A stretch of 64,000 bases of DNA. Source: Planctomycetota bacterium (GTDB lineage: Bacteria; Planctomycetota; Planctomycetia; Pirellulales; UBA7805). The position numbers and the translations under genes are program-made. Each line of letters begins with the position of its first letter. The stretch's first letter is position 1. The notes beneath the pieces are model-generated. The model worked only from the letters and a program-made list of their open reading frames with translations, was not told the DNA's origin and ran no database searches. The stretch lies in the NCBI GenBank assembly GCA_036146215.1, contig JAYYJN010000079.1:1928-65927 (forward strand), in the 5' to 3' direction. This document shows, in pieces, positions 55,489 through 64,000 of this stretch.

Positions 55489-57417
55489 TTAGTCGCAGTA
55501 TTTTTTCACTCGCTTTTTGAATGTCTCGTGCTCCGCCCAGATGGCCTGCGGCAGCTTCTTGGGAGCTCCCCGTCCCTCACTTTCTGCCTCCAGTCCATTT
55601 TCGATCTGGTGGAGCCAATCTTCGCGGTTGTCGACTTCGTTTTTGAGTGCCTCTTTGTCGGGCACAAGAATTTCAGCGAGTTGCTCAATGGTTGTTGTCG
55701 ATTTGAGGCCACTGATGTCGATATGCTCTGGCTGAGGAACAAGTCCCATCGGCGTTTCTACCCACCGGTCTTCTCCTGCAAGTTCCCGCACGGCAGCATC
55801 AAGAACGCGGTAGTTTGCTCCGAAACCATCCCAGACAAACTGCCCCGCATCGTTGCGCCGGAACCAGTTAACACTGAACACAACGGGCGGTCGCGGCGTA
55901 TTTTGAGGCAGTGAGAGCCATTTCTGTGCGTAATCGCTCACGTTGAATGCGATGAACGGGCGATTTGCCATGGGATCATAACGGGGCTTCTGACCGACGG
56001 CGGCTGCGGTCGGTTCACTGAATTGACACAAGGCGTGGTAGACAGCTTCGTTCCATGTACGGGCGCGACTAATTAATGGATGCAGCTTGCTCGAGCGACC
56101 ACCGATGAGGCAAACATCCAGTGGCACGCCCTCCGCATTGTGATAGTCCGCTTCCAAATGAGGAACGTTGCGGATCGGCATTGTGACACGCGCATTTTTC
56201 TGGTCTTTTTCTTCACAATCAGTACCGATTTGCTCACCGAGCCAGTTCCAGGTGGTAATCCCTTCACCGACGGGAAACTCTGTGCCACTGTCACTCCACC
56301 ACACCCGTTTGCTTCCCTTGTGATCAACAAGAACCTGGTTGGTAAAAATGGGCCCGCCTTCGCAGTCCTGAACCTCAGGTTTAGGGTGCCGTAATGCTTC
56401 CATCAGCATTTTGTTGGCAAAATCACTCATTCCACGTGTAACGCCAAAAATACCGGACTCAATATTATTGACGAAGAGTCTGCCGTCACCTTTTTTAGTG
56501 GCTCCCCCGATAATGTCATCACCCAATGTGAATACTTTATTGTCAGCCATCGGACCCTCTGACACACCATTGGCGATATTTGTTTTACCGCACATGCTTG
56601 GAAAAGCGGCTCCGAAATGAACCCGACGATTTCCATAGTCGATACCGAACAACGCCATATGTTCGACGAACTCTATGCCCACTTCCTCATCAGGATGGGA
56701 TTTCTTCCGAGCGTTTTCCAGTGCTTGAATTCCCACCAGTCGTAGGCCGAAAATCTTCTTGGGACCAAGCGCGTTGCCCCCATAATCGCTATTGATTGTA
56801 CGGCAGTAAAGTTCCTTCGGAAAATGCGTAATCCACCGGTCTTCTTTGCTCAGCGTGCCATAACTGTGCGTGACTCGTGGGAAGCGAGACTGTTTCTTGA
56901 GGATCCGCCAACCATCCTGAAGATTGCTCATACGATATAAGTTGCAAACCACATTTGCACTGTCAGTCAGTTGGACCCCCGCAGATGCAAACTGACTATC
57001 TGCCGGGTTGGTCACGAACGGAACCACATACATGGTCCGTCCCTTCATGCTCCCGTCAAAAAGTTGATCAAGTTTGCAATGCATCTCTGCCGGTTCTTTC
57101 CAAAAATTGAGTGGTCCGGCGTCGATCGGGTCGTCGGTGCAGATCACCGTGCGTTCCTCCACGCGAGCCACGTCATTTTTATCACTTCGAGCATAAAATG
57201 ACCGCTTGCCGTAAACCTGCTCGTCGAGTCGGGTGTAGGCACCCGCTGCCTCAAGTTCATTTTCGAGTTGAATAATTTGGTCCACATCGCCCGTGATGAT
57301 TTCAATCGCCTCGGGCTTGCAAAGAGCGACTTCGTTGCGGACCCATTCCTGGACGTGCGCCGGAAGTGAGTCAATCGCCGATTCAACAGGACTGAAGGGG
57401 GTTGATGGAGAAGTCAT
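55489..57417 (-). CDS. pckG: Phosphoenolpyruvate carboxykinase (GTP)
   Basis: 642 aa. FPSMCGKTN (kinase-1a P-loop), GDDI, WWSDSGT and NWFRRNDAGQFVWDGFG are GTP-PEPCK hallmarks. Confidence 0.95.
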   Translation of the reverse strand: MTSPSTPFSPVESAIDSLPAHVQEWVRNEVALCKPEAIEIITGDVDQIIQLENELEAAGAYTRLDEQVYGKRSFYARSDKNDVARVEERTVICTDDPIDAGPLNFWKEPAEMHCKLDQLFDGSMKGRTMYVVPFVTNPADSQFASAGVQLTDSANVVCNLYRMSNLQDGWRILKKQSRFPRVTHSYGTLSKEDRWITHFPKELYCRTINSDYGGNALGPKKIFGLRLVGIQALENARKKSHPDEEVGIEFVEHMALFGIDYGNRRVHFGAAFPSMCGKTNIANGVSEGPMADNKVFTLGDDIIGGATKKGDGRLFVNNIESGIFGVTRGMSDFANKMLMEALRHPKPEVQDCEGGPIFTNQVLVDHKGSKRVWWSDSGTEFPVGEGITTWNWLGEQIGTDCEEKDQKNARVTMPIRNVPHLEADYHNAEGVPLDVCLIGGRSSKLHPLISRARTWNEAVYHALCQFSEPTAAAVGQKPRYDPMANRPFIAFNVSDYAQKWLSLPQNTPRPPVVFSVNWFRRNDAGQFVWDGFGANYRVLDAAVRELAGEDRWVETPMGLVPQPEHIDISGLKSTTTIEQLAEILVPDKEALKNEVDNREDWLHQIENGLEAESEGRGAPKKLPQAIWAEHETFKKRVKKYCD

Positions 57418-57641
57418 GGTAATCAGATCGATCGGATCGGTTGCGTGGACAGACCGTCAAGGTTTACTCAATTCAATGATACGAGCCGTTAATTATAATG
57501 GTTCCACCGGTTGGATATAGCGACTGACAAACCCGCAGGCACGCTAAAAGAGAGACGATTTTTGTCAAAAAAGTCGGTGAAAACAGGCCCCCTTTAAATA
57601 ACGACAGGGAAATGGTGCATTAGAATCAGGGGCGGGGTGAT

Positions 57642-60600
57642 TTATTCTTCGTCTCCTTCGGCATTCGGGAAAGCGAAGTCCCCCGGGGGTTTGTCGCCTG
57701 GGCTTTTCTCCTGCCCGACTGGATCGATTAGCACGAAGCCACTCCAGAAAAAAGGATGTCCGCCGGTCAATTGGGGTCCGTCTAAGTCCGAATCGACCCG
57801 CGGCTCGTTGACTTGATCAAGTTCTGTCTGTTCGACAATTTGCACGGCCCGCTGCCACGCATCAGCGGCCGAAGTATTGGGTAGTTCTTGAACAAATTCC
57901 GTGAGTAAATCGGTTGCAAACCTTCCCCCAGTGCGCCAACGACTAAGAAGGATTGTTCGACTGCCCGCACCGAGCATACCCATGCTCGTCAAAAAAAGTT
58001 CGTCTCCTGCCCGATTCAGCCCCTTAAGTTTCATTTTTCTCAGACTGTTTTCGGACGGTGTGTGAAAACCGGGTAGCAATATGACATCGGGACCGGGCCA
58101 AGGAGTCGCCAACCAGTCCTGGATGCTAGAGCCTTCTTTACCCCGATCAATTTGTAATGGTGCAAGCTCAAGGGGAGTTGTGCTGCCATTGTCGAGATCA
58201 TCCCACACGAGCAGTCCGTCCAGCAAGCTCACGAAAGTGTGTCCGTGCATCTTGAAAGATTGACCGATGACGCTCAATTTAGGCACCAATTTATCGACCC
58301 CTTCAGTGACCCGCTGTGCCACATCCAAATCTTCCCCCGGGTAAAGTTGCCCTTGGACGATTGCCCAGTCACCCGATTGTTTCCTCCCGCGACCGTCTCC
58401 TTGCGATAGTCCGAGTGTCGGAGCATAGCGGATCCGGATTCGGGAAAGTAATGGCTCCGTCTCTTCGCGATTCAGCGGAAGCGTTTCAAACGGAACATAC
58501 CAGTAAAAGTGATCGGGAACGATCGTCAAATCGGTAATGTTCTTACCGAGGTCGATATTCGCACCTTGGGTTAGCGATTGGAGTAACTGCTGTGCCGGTT
58601 GTCGCCACCGATTCTTTTGAATATCAGAAATTTTGATGGCACTATTTGCATCATGATGACCCATTGCTCGCAACAGATCTTTCAAGTTCTCTTCCGCATC
58701 CTGTGGTGATTCGATTCGCCAAACCCGTTGGTTTCCTTTGGTAACCAAAAATCCGTAGTGCGCTTGCGACGCAACATGTAGCATGAATATCGCTTCACCA
58801 CTTACCATACTGCTTTGGATATCTTTGCTTTTTCGCAGGGGAGGGAAGACCATTTCAACAGGCTCCCGGCGAACCACCATTTGACGCAATATTTTTTCCT
58901 GCTCACGGGCAATTTTTAGAGATTCGCTGAAAAGCTTGTCCCGCTGTTTACTTGATTTTGCCGCTGCAGGAAGCAGCGGATTCTGTTTGATCTCTTCCCG
59001 GATTGCTTTGGCTTTTTGATTCAGTTTGCCAAAAAGGGGATACGCGGTGAGAAACTCCTGGCGTTGCAACATTGCCGTTTGTGGCAGGGCGGCAGCATCC
59101 GCCTGCATCACCCAGCGCAGGTTCAGTAATCGCCCTCCCAGCGGTTGCGTACTGTAGAATCTTGCCGTTCGCACCCGATCGGCAATCTCCATGGCTTCAA
59201 GGGGTTTTTCACGCTTGATCGCCGCATTAAACCAGTGCTCAAGCGCAACAAATTGAGGAATCAAAAGTTGACTCCACGCCTCGAGTGGTTCATGGCGCCA
59301 GACAATCGCGCTCGGTTCCCCGAGCACTTCTCCAAAGAGCTGCATCGCAATCCGATCACGGATAGCACCCTGTTGATAAGATCGATCCACCAGCAATACA
59401 TGAAACAAGCGAATTGAGCCTTGTTTTTCAAACTGCATCGCATCCGCGAGCGCACGACCTGCAGACTGAATGTCGCCACGAATCATGGCAATCACAAACG
59501 CAACATAATTCGCCTCCGCACCGAGGCGACTGCCCGCAATTTTGTTTCGACGCAGCACGGGTTGCACACGATTAAGTGACGCCTCTGCCTCTTTAATATT
59601 TCCGGAATTCGCAAATCCTTCCGCGGTTCTAATCAATAAAGTCGCATAAGTTTCTTCAAGATTGTTTCGTTTTGCCCAGATGACCGCGTCGGCGAAGTTC
59701 GGTGGCACGCCACCTCGTCCGCTCGCAGCGTGTGCAACAAAGGCAAGATTAAAAGCCTCTTGGACGACCAACTGTTGGTTATAATAAGCGGCAGATAACG
59801 CGGCCGCCTGGAAAAAATTTGTGGCCTGATCGTATCGCGATTCATTGAGACTCAACCGCCCCAGTTCTAGCAGTGCAGCACCTGTAAGAGGGTGGTCTAA
59901 CCGACCGTTAATGACCAGACTGCGTTGGAGCGTTGCGGCGGCAACCTCTTTCTTCCCCAGAGCAGACTGTGCCACCCCGAGCGGAAAATCAATCCAGGCC
60001 TGTGACCAGTGATTCGGGGAGGTTTGTCTTTTGACGAGTTCCGATTGAACCTTTTCAAGAAGTGGATTGTATTCTGCCAGGGGTCCATACAACTCAGTAT
60101 AACGACGGATGGCGATGGCAGTGCAACGGACAACTTCAGTTGCATGGAGTGATTGAAGTTTTTGGACGTTTGCAATTCCCGACTTTCCATTTCCCGTGAC
60201 CAATTGTTTGCCACCGCGGAGGATTGGGAAGACGTCCGGAAATTTTCCTAAGATGAACTTTCGCCGACTACGCGCCCATGACGGACTACGTGGAGGATGA
60301 TTATTAGGCGCTATTTGGGGGGGGAATTTCATTCGCAGCATCCAATCGGAATTCTGCAAATAGATATTCAGCGCAGATTCAAAATTATTACGCGCCTCCT
60401 CCAGTTGCCCGGTCCGGTAAAAAGTTTCGCCGAGCATGGTGTAATAGCAAATCGAATCAATCCACCGTTGGCTGCCAAATCGAATTGCATTTCTGCCTGC
60501 TTGTTGAAACCCTTTGATCGCCTGTTTGTAACGGCCACGTTGGAGCAACTCGAGTGAGGCGAAGTAAACGGGTTTAATGATCGATTGGGTTCGTGCTTGT

Positions 60601-60743
60601 TGCGGATTGAGCGGATTGAATTGTGCCAGAAGAGTTTGAGGCAGAAGAATCGATAGGAGCATCAAGGCAACGTGGCCAAAGCTGCGCAGCGTCTTCCTTG
60701 ATCGGCGATAATTACTATCAATGCCAGCAGTCATCGTGGTCAT
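57642..60743 (-). CDS. Large exported TPR-repeat protein with a C-terminal CHAT-like domain lacking the catalytic Cys
   Basis: 1033 aa with a signal/anchor and multiple TPR-like helical pairs. The C-terminal 350 aa are colinear with CHAT domains (IVPDHFYWYVPFETLP; MHGHTF; DVILLPGFHTPSE; LGAGSRTILLSRWRTGG; GGHPFFWSGFVLI). Confidence 0.8.
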   Translation of the reverse strand: MTTMTAGIDSNYRRSRKTLRSFGHVALMLLSILLPQTLLAQFNPLNPQQARTQSIIKPVYFASLELLQRGRYKQAIKGFQQAGRNAIRFGSQRWIDSICYYTMLGETFYRTGQLEEARNNFESALNIYLQNSDWMLRMKFPPQIAPNNHPPRSPSWARSRRKFILGKFPDVFPILRGGKQLVTGNGKSGIANVQKLQSLHATEVVRCTAIAIRRYTELYGPLAEYNPLLEKVQSELVKRQTSPNHWSQAWIDFPLGVAQSALGKKEVAAATLQRSLVINGRLDHPLTGAALLELGRLSLNESRYDQATNFFQAAALSAAYYNQQLVVQEAFNLAFVAHAASGRGGVPPNFADAVIWAKRNNLEETYATLLIRTAEGFANSGNIKEAEASLNRVQPVLRRNKIAGSRLGAEANYVAFVIAMIRGDIQSAGRALADAMQFEKQGSIRLFHVLLVDRSYQQGAIRDRIAMQLFGEVLGEPSAIVWRHEPLEAWSQLLIPQFVALEHWFNAAIKREKPLEAMEIADRVRTARFYSTQPLGGRLLNLRWVMQADAAALPQTAMLQRQEFLTAYPLFGKLNQKAKAIREEIKQNPLLPAAAKSSKQRDKLFSESLKIAREQEKILRQMVVRREPVEMVFPPLRKSKDIQSSMVSGEAIFMLHVASQAHYGFLVTKGNQRVWRIESPQDAEENLKDLLRAMGHHDANSAIKISDIQKNRWRQPAQQLLQSLTQGANIDLGKNITDLTIVPDHFYWYVPFETLPLNREETEPLLSRIRIRYAPTLGLSQGDGRGRKQSGDWAIVQGQLYPGEDLDVAQRVTEGVDKLVPKLSVIGQSFKMHGHTFVSLLDGLLVWDDLDNGSTTPLELAPLQIDRGKEGSSIQDWLATPWPGPDVILLPGFHTPSENSLRKMKLKGLNRAGDELFLTSMGMLGAGSRTILLSRWRTGGRFATDLLTEFVQELPNTSAADAWQRAVQIVEQTELDQVNEPRVDSDLDGPQLTGGHPFFWSGFVLIDPVGQEKSPGDKPPGDFAFPNAEGDEE

Positions 60744-61112
60744 GCAGTCCTCTGCTCTCTCTCCGACTACTTCTATGTTTGAGTCTGTTTGAGGTGAGGT
60801 TTAGAACGCTGTCTTGAAGATCTATTGAGGTCACGCAGTGATATCTTACCTCTTAATGTCTATCGGTTCGAATAAAAGCACTTTTATCTGCCTTGTATCA
60901 GTCTTGCGACGTTCAGGGTTGAGACTCTATGGTTGTCGGCCAAGATTATGGTGACAGCATGCTATCGGTTCCAAATTAGGTATTTCAAGCAAACTTTTAC
61001 GGAATCCGATGCAAGTTGATTGGCCCGTTTGTCGATAACGGAAATAACGATTATGCGGTTTAATCACTCTCTGTGAAGACGATCTAAATTCTGTCGCTTG
61101 AGGAGCAATCGA

Positions 61113-61349
61113 ATGTGCCGAACCGGTCAGTCCCTTTCGAGGTTAAGTCTTTGCTTAGCCGCTCCTTTACTTATCATCGTGCTGATTGCCTCCGGTTGCC
61201 AGGTGAATGTGGGTGGCCAAACGTTGCCATCGCCGTTTTATTTGGACGACGACGTTCAGTATTTTGCGCCCGGTCCCGAATTCCCACTAAGCCAGGAAGC
61301 GGCAGCTCAGGGCATTCAGCGAGCCGAAGCCGGGGAACTCGACCAATAG
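61113..61349 (+). CDS. Small putative lipoprotein
   Basis: ATG 61113 is preceded by GAGGAG. The signal peptide ends LIASGC (lipobox-like). The mature part is 50 aa (QVNVGGQTLPSPFYLDDDVQYFAPGPEF...). Confidence 0.45.
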   Translation: MCRTGQSLSRLSLCLAAPLLIIVLIASGCQVNVGGQTLPSPFYLDDDVQYFAPGPEFPLSQEAAAQGIQRAEAGELDQ

Positions 61350-61584
61350 ATGAGTTAGCTGCTCGCCTTCCCAATTCTACACAGGCGAAACGGGGGTCTC
61401 TCGCGGACAAGGTCTTATCGATTTTTGATTAGTTTCTCGATCGCTGCGGCCTCATGTCGTTTCTTGCATCACGACTCGGCCTACTGTCCAACCCATCAGC
61501 GTCCCTTTATAATTTGCTCTTTCGGGATTGGCCCTTCTTGGCGGGAACGGCCCCTCAAAGCAAGCAGCGTGGAGTGTTAGTCAC

Positions 61585-62484
61585 GTGTGTGGGATTGTTG
61601 GACTGTTTTTAAAAAATCGGGAGCTTGAATCCCGCTTGGGTATGCATTTGGAAAGCATGCTCATCACCATGAGCGATCGGGGTCCGGACAGTGCAGGCAT
61701 TGCCATTTACGGGACAGACCACGAAAAGGATCAATTGAAACTGACTCTGCAGTCTGCCGCTGCGAAAGAGGCATTCCCGAAATTAGAGCAAGCTCTGACA
61801 TCAAGGTTTTCCCAACCGATCAACATCAATGTGATTGAGACCCATGCTGTGCTCCAGATGGATCAAGCAATCGCCCCTGCCGTTGAAGCGCTGCTTGCAC
61901 ACGAGTTTCCAGGCTTGCGGATTATGAGTCGCGGCGAGTCGGTTGAGATTTATAAGGAGGTTGGTGCTCCGTCGGATGTTTCCCGAAGGTTCGGTATCGC
62001 GCAGATGAGTGGTTCGCATGGAATTGGTCACACACGAATGGCGACAGAGTCTGCCGTGACGACCCGCGGAGCACACCCATTTTCTACCGGTCCAGACCAA
62101 TGTCTGGTGCATAACGGGTCGCTCTCTAACCACAACAACCTACGGCGGGATCTCAAGCGACATGGTGTGCATTTTGAAACTGAGAATGATACAGAGGTTG
62201 CCGCTGCCTATCTATCGCATCATCTGGCATCTGGTCTGACATTAGGGGATGCGTTAGAGGGCGCGCTTGTGGACCTGGACGGTTTTTATACCTTTGTGTT
62301 CAGCACGCGAACCGGTTTCGGTGTATTGCGTGACCCGATCGCTTGTAAGCCCGCTGTACTGGCAGAAACCGACGACTACGTTGCGTTCGGATCCGAGTAT
62401 CGCGCACTGGTTGCCTTGCCTGGCATTGAACTTGCGACGGTTTGGGAACCCGAGCCCGCGACCGTCTATTTCTGGGAGCATTAA
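61585..62484 (+). CDS. Class II (Ntn) glutamine amidotransferase, GlxB-like (glutamate synthase domain 1-like)
   Basis: GTG 61585 is immediately followed by CGIVGLF (N-terminal nucleophile Cys), then RGPDSAGIAIYG, GIGHTRMATES and LVHNGSLSNHNNLR. The track start 61528 is too far upstream. Confidence 0.85.
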   Translation: MCGIVGLFLKNRELESRLGMHLESMLITMSDRGPDSAGIAIYGTDHEKDQLKLTLQSAAAKEAFPKLEQALTSRFSQPININVIETHAVLQMDQAIAPAVEALLAHEFPGLRIMSRGESVEIYKEVGAPSDVSRRFGIAQMSGSHGIGHTRMATESAVTTRGAHPFSTGPDQCLVHNGSLSNHNNLRRDLKRHGVHFETENDTEVAAAYLSHHLASGLTLGDALEGALVDLDGFYTFVFSTRTGFGVLRDPIACKPAVLAETDDYVAFGSEYRALVALPGIELATVWEPEPATVYFWEH

Positions 62485-62489
62485 ATCAC

Positions 62490-63191
62490 TTGGCCGTCTT
62501 TGATCTACAGAAGCAGTCGCTTAGAGAATTGAATGCTGCGTTGCATCAGCAGGCGACACTCCTGCGCGCGGGTGAGCATGCGGATACGGACTGGGAGATT
62601 ACCAATCCGCGAGGAAGCCATGCGGTTGCCGTCGGAGTCGATGGGCCGTTAAAAATTAAGATTCAGGGAAGTGTTGGATATTATTGTGGTGGTATGAATC
62701 AGTCGGGTCAAATTCATGTGCATGGCTCGGTTGGTCCTGGGGTCGGTGAGAATATGATGTCGGGTTCCATTCGTGTCACGGGAAATGCCAGTCAATATGC
62801 TGGCGCGACCGGCCGAGGCGGTATGCTCGTAATTGAAGGCAACGCGTCATCACGTTGCGGAATTTCCAACAAAGGAATGGATATCATCGTGCGGGGCAAT
62901 GTGGGGCATATGTCGGCTTTTATGGCCCAGCGCGGCACCCTCGTGGTCCTCGGAGATGCTGGAGATGCCCTGGGGGATTCGATCTACGAAGCGAAGCTTT
63001 TTGTACGCGGCGATGTGAAGAGCCTCGGGGCGGACTGTGTGCAGAAAGAGATGCGGACAGAGCATTTGGAGTTACTCGCGGGATTGCTTGAGACAGCTGG
63101 CATTCGAGATGTGCAGCCCGCTGAATTTACCCGTTATGGATCGGCCCGCAAGTTGTATCACTTTGATATAGATCACGCTGATGCTTATTAA
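62490..63191 (+). CDS. GXGXG-motif protein, GlxC-like (glutamate synthase C-terminal beta-helix domain-like)
   Basis: Repeated G-x-G-x-G turns (IQGSVGYYCGGMNQSG, VHGSVGPGVGENMMSG, VTGNASQYAGATGRGG, IEGNASSRCG, VRGNVGHMSAFMAQRG, VLGDAGDALGD). I chose TTG 62490, 6 nt after the glxB-like stop. The track start 62442 overlaps it. Confidence 0.8.
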   Translation: MAVFDLQKQSLRELNAALHQQATLLRAGEHADTDWEITNPRGSHAVAVGVDGPLKIKIQGSVGYYCGGMNQSGQIHVHGSVGPGVGENMMSGSIRVTGNASQYAGATGRGGMLVIEGNASSRCGISNKGMDIIVRGNVGHMSAFMAQRGTLVVLGDAGDALGDSIYEAKLFVRGDVKSLGADCVQKEMRTEHLELLAGLLETAGIRDVQPAEFTRYGSARKLYHFDIDHADAY

Positions 63192-63236
63192 ATTCGTGTT
63201 TACACCAAAGGCCCTAAGAACAAATTGGTAACAAAA

Positions 63237-64000
63237 GTGTCCTATACCAATCCAACAACGACACCCCGCAAAAGCGCAAAGTTCGACGAGTATACGCTCT
63301 CGGAAATTCGACGCGCTGCGGCAACCGGACTCTACGATATCCGGGGAGCTGGTGCCAAGCGCAAGGTGCCGGGGCTCGATGATCTGCTCTTTCTCGGTGC
63401 CTCTATGTCACGCTATCCGCTTGAGGGTTCTCGAGAGAAGTGCGGTACAGATGTGGTGCTGGGTAATCGATTTGCGGAAAAGCCACTCGAGCTGAAAATT
63501 CCGATCACGATTGCCGGGATGAGCTTCGGGTCGCTTTCTGGGAATGCAAAAGAAGCGCTTGGTCGCGGTGCCACGTTAGCGGGAACCTCCACGACAACCG
63601 GTGATGGGGGAATGACGCCCGAAGAGCGGGGCCATTCAGAACTGCTTGTTTACCAATATTTGCCTTCGCGATATGGAATGAATCCGGATGATCTGCGGAA
63701 AGCAGATGCGATTGAGATTGTGGTAGGACAGGGCGCCAAGCCAGGTGGTGGAGGGATGCTGCTAGGACAAAAAATTTCTTCCCGAGTTGCCGAGATGCGC
63801 ACGCTTCCTGAGGGGATTGATCAGCGTTCAGCTTGCCGTCATCCCGACTGGACCGGACCTGATGATTTAGCAATCAAGATATTAGAGCTCCGTGAGATCA
63901 CCGATTGGCAGAAACCGATTTATATTAAAGTGGGAGGGGCACGACCCTATTACGACACCGCGCTCGCGGTTAAAGCCGGCGCCGATGTCGTGGTGCTCGA
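63237..64000 (+). CDS. FMN-binding glutamate synthase family protein, GlxD-like; the 3' end lies outside the window
   Basis: I translated from GTG 63237: VSYTNPTTTPRKSAKFDEYTLSEIRRAAATGLYDIRGAGAKRKVPGLDDLLFLGASMSRYPLEG...ITIAGMSFGSLSGNAKEALGRGA...VVGQGAKPGGGGMLLGQKIS...HPDWTGPDDLAIKILELREITDWQKPIYIKVGG. The frame is open to the window end. TTG 63225 is an alternative start. Confidence 0.85.
   Translation, partial: MSYTNPTTTPRKSAKFDEYTLSEIRRAAATGLYDIRGAGAKRKVPGLDDLLFLGASMSRYPLEGSREKCGTDVVLGNRFAEKPLELKIPITIAGMSFGSLSGNAKEALGRGATLAGTSTTTGDGGMTPEERGHSELLVYQYLPSRYGMNPDDLRKADAIEIVVGQGAKPGGGGMLLGQKISSRVAEMRTLPEGIDQRSACRHPDWTGPDDLAIKILELREITDWQKPIYIKVGGARPYYDTALAVKAGADVVVL

Noticed and set aside
61350-61584. 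Possible glutamine (glnA-type) riboswitch upstream of the glxB-like gene.
   Set aside because: No recognisable conserved core sequence, so this is only speculation from gene context.
1-64000. I searched for CRISPR arrays, tRNA/rRNA genes, IS elements, integrases, toxin-antitoxin pairs and known defence-system genes.
   Set aside because: I saw no regularly spaced repeats, no cloverleaf-like sequences in the intergenic regions I read, and no transposase, recombinase or nuclease-type ORFs. Manual scanning of 64 kb is imperfect, so tRNAscan-SE, Infernal, CRISPRCasFinder and DefenseFinder should be run.

Overview
This 64 kb chromosomal segment reads like a Planctomycetota (Planctomycetia-type) genome. 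It carries a DUF1559 pseudopilin-like protein, two formylglycine-type sulfatases, a DUF1080/ThuA fusion and secreted PQQ-like beta-propellers. GC is near 50% by eye on a handful of lines and was not computed. I call 53 protein-coding genes, two of them cut by the window edges. Most are housekeeping (rpsD, mutY, msrA, hisF, moeA, glgX, hemB, pckG, bcp, photolyase), interspersed with accessory operons. I saw no rRNA, tRNA, CRISPR array, transposase, integrase or phage gene. There are three best candidates for undescribed biology. (1) At 44769-49243 on the minus strand, an intact pilT is translationally coupled (TAATG, then ATGA) to a membrane-anchored GspE/PilB-like protein and then to a CvpA-like membrane protein. 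The GspE-like protein has lost its Walker A Lys, catalytic Glu and His box but keeps its tetracysteine site. No other pilus or secretion genes are nearby. (2) At 12545-18928 on the plus strand, a six-gene operon encodes a MacB/FtsX-type ABC transporter, two tandem paralogous Cys-x-x-Cys helical-repeat exported proteins and two paralogous DUF3299-like proteins with a Cys-Cys motif. (3) At 34973-44716 lies a photo-oxidative-stress operon. It is headed by a LitR/CarH-like MerR regulator whose B12-binding motif lacks the axial His. It encodes a UfaD/UfaO/UfaM-like furan-fatty-acid set, a second methylase, DUF1295, a class II photolyase and Bcp. All functional calls come from reading motifs by eye. 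No database search was possible.
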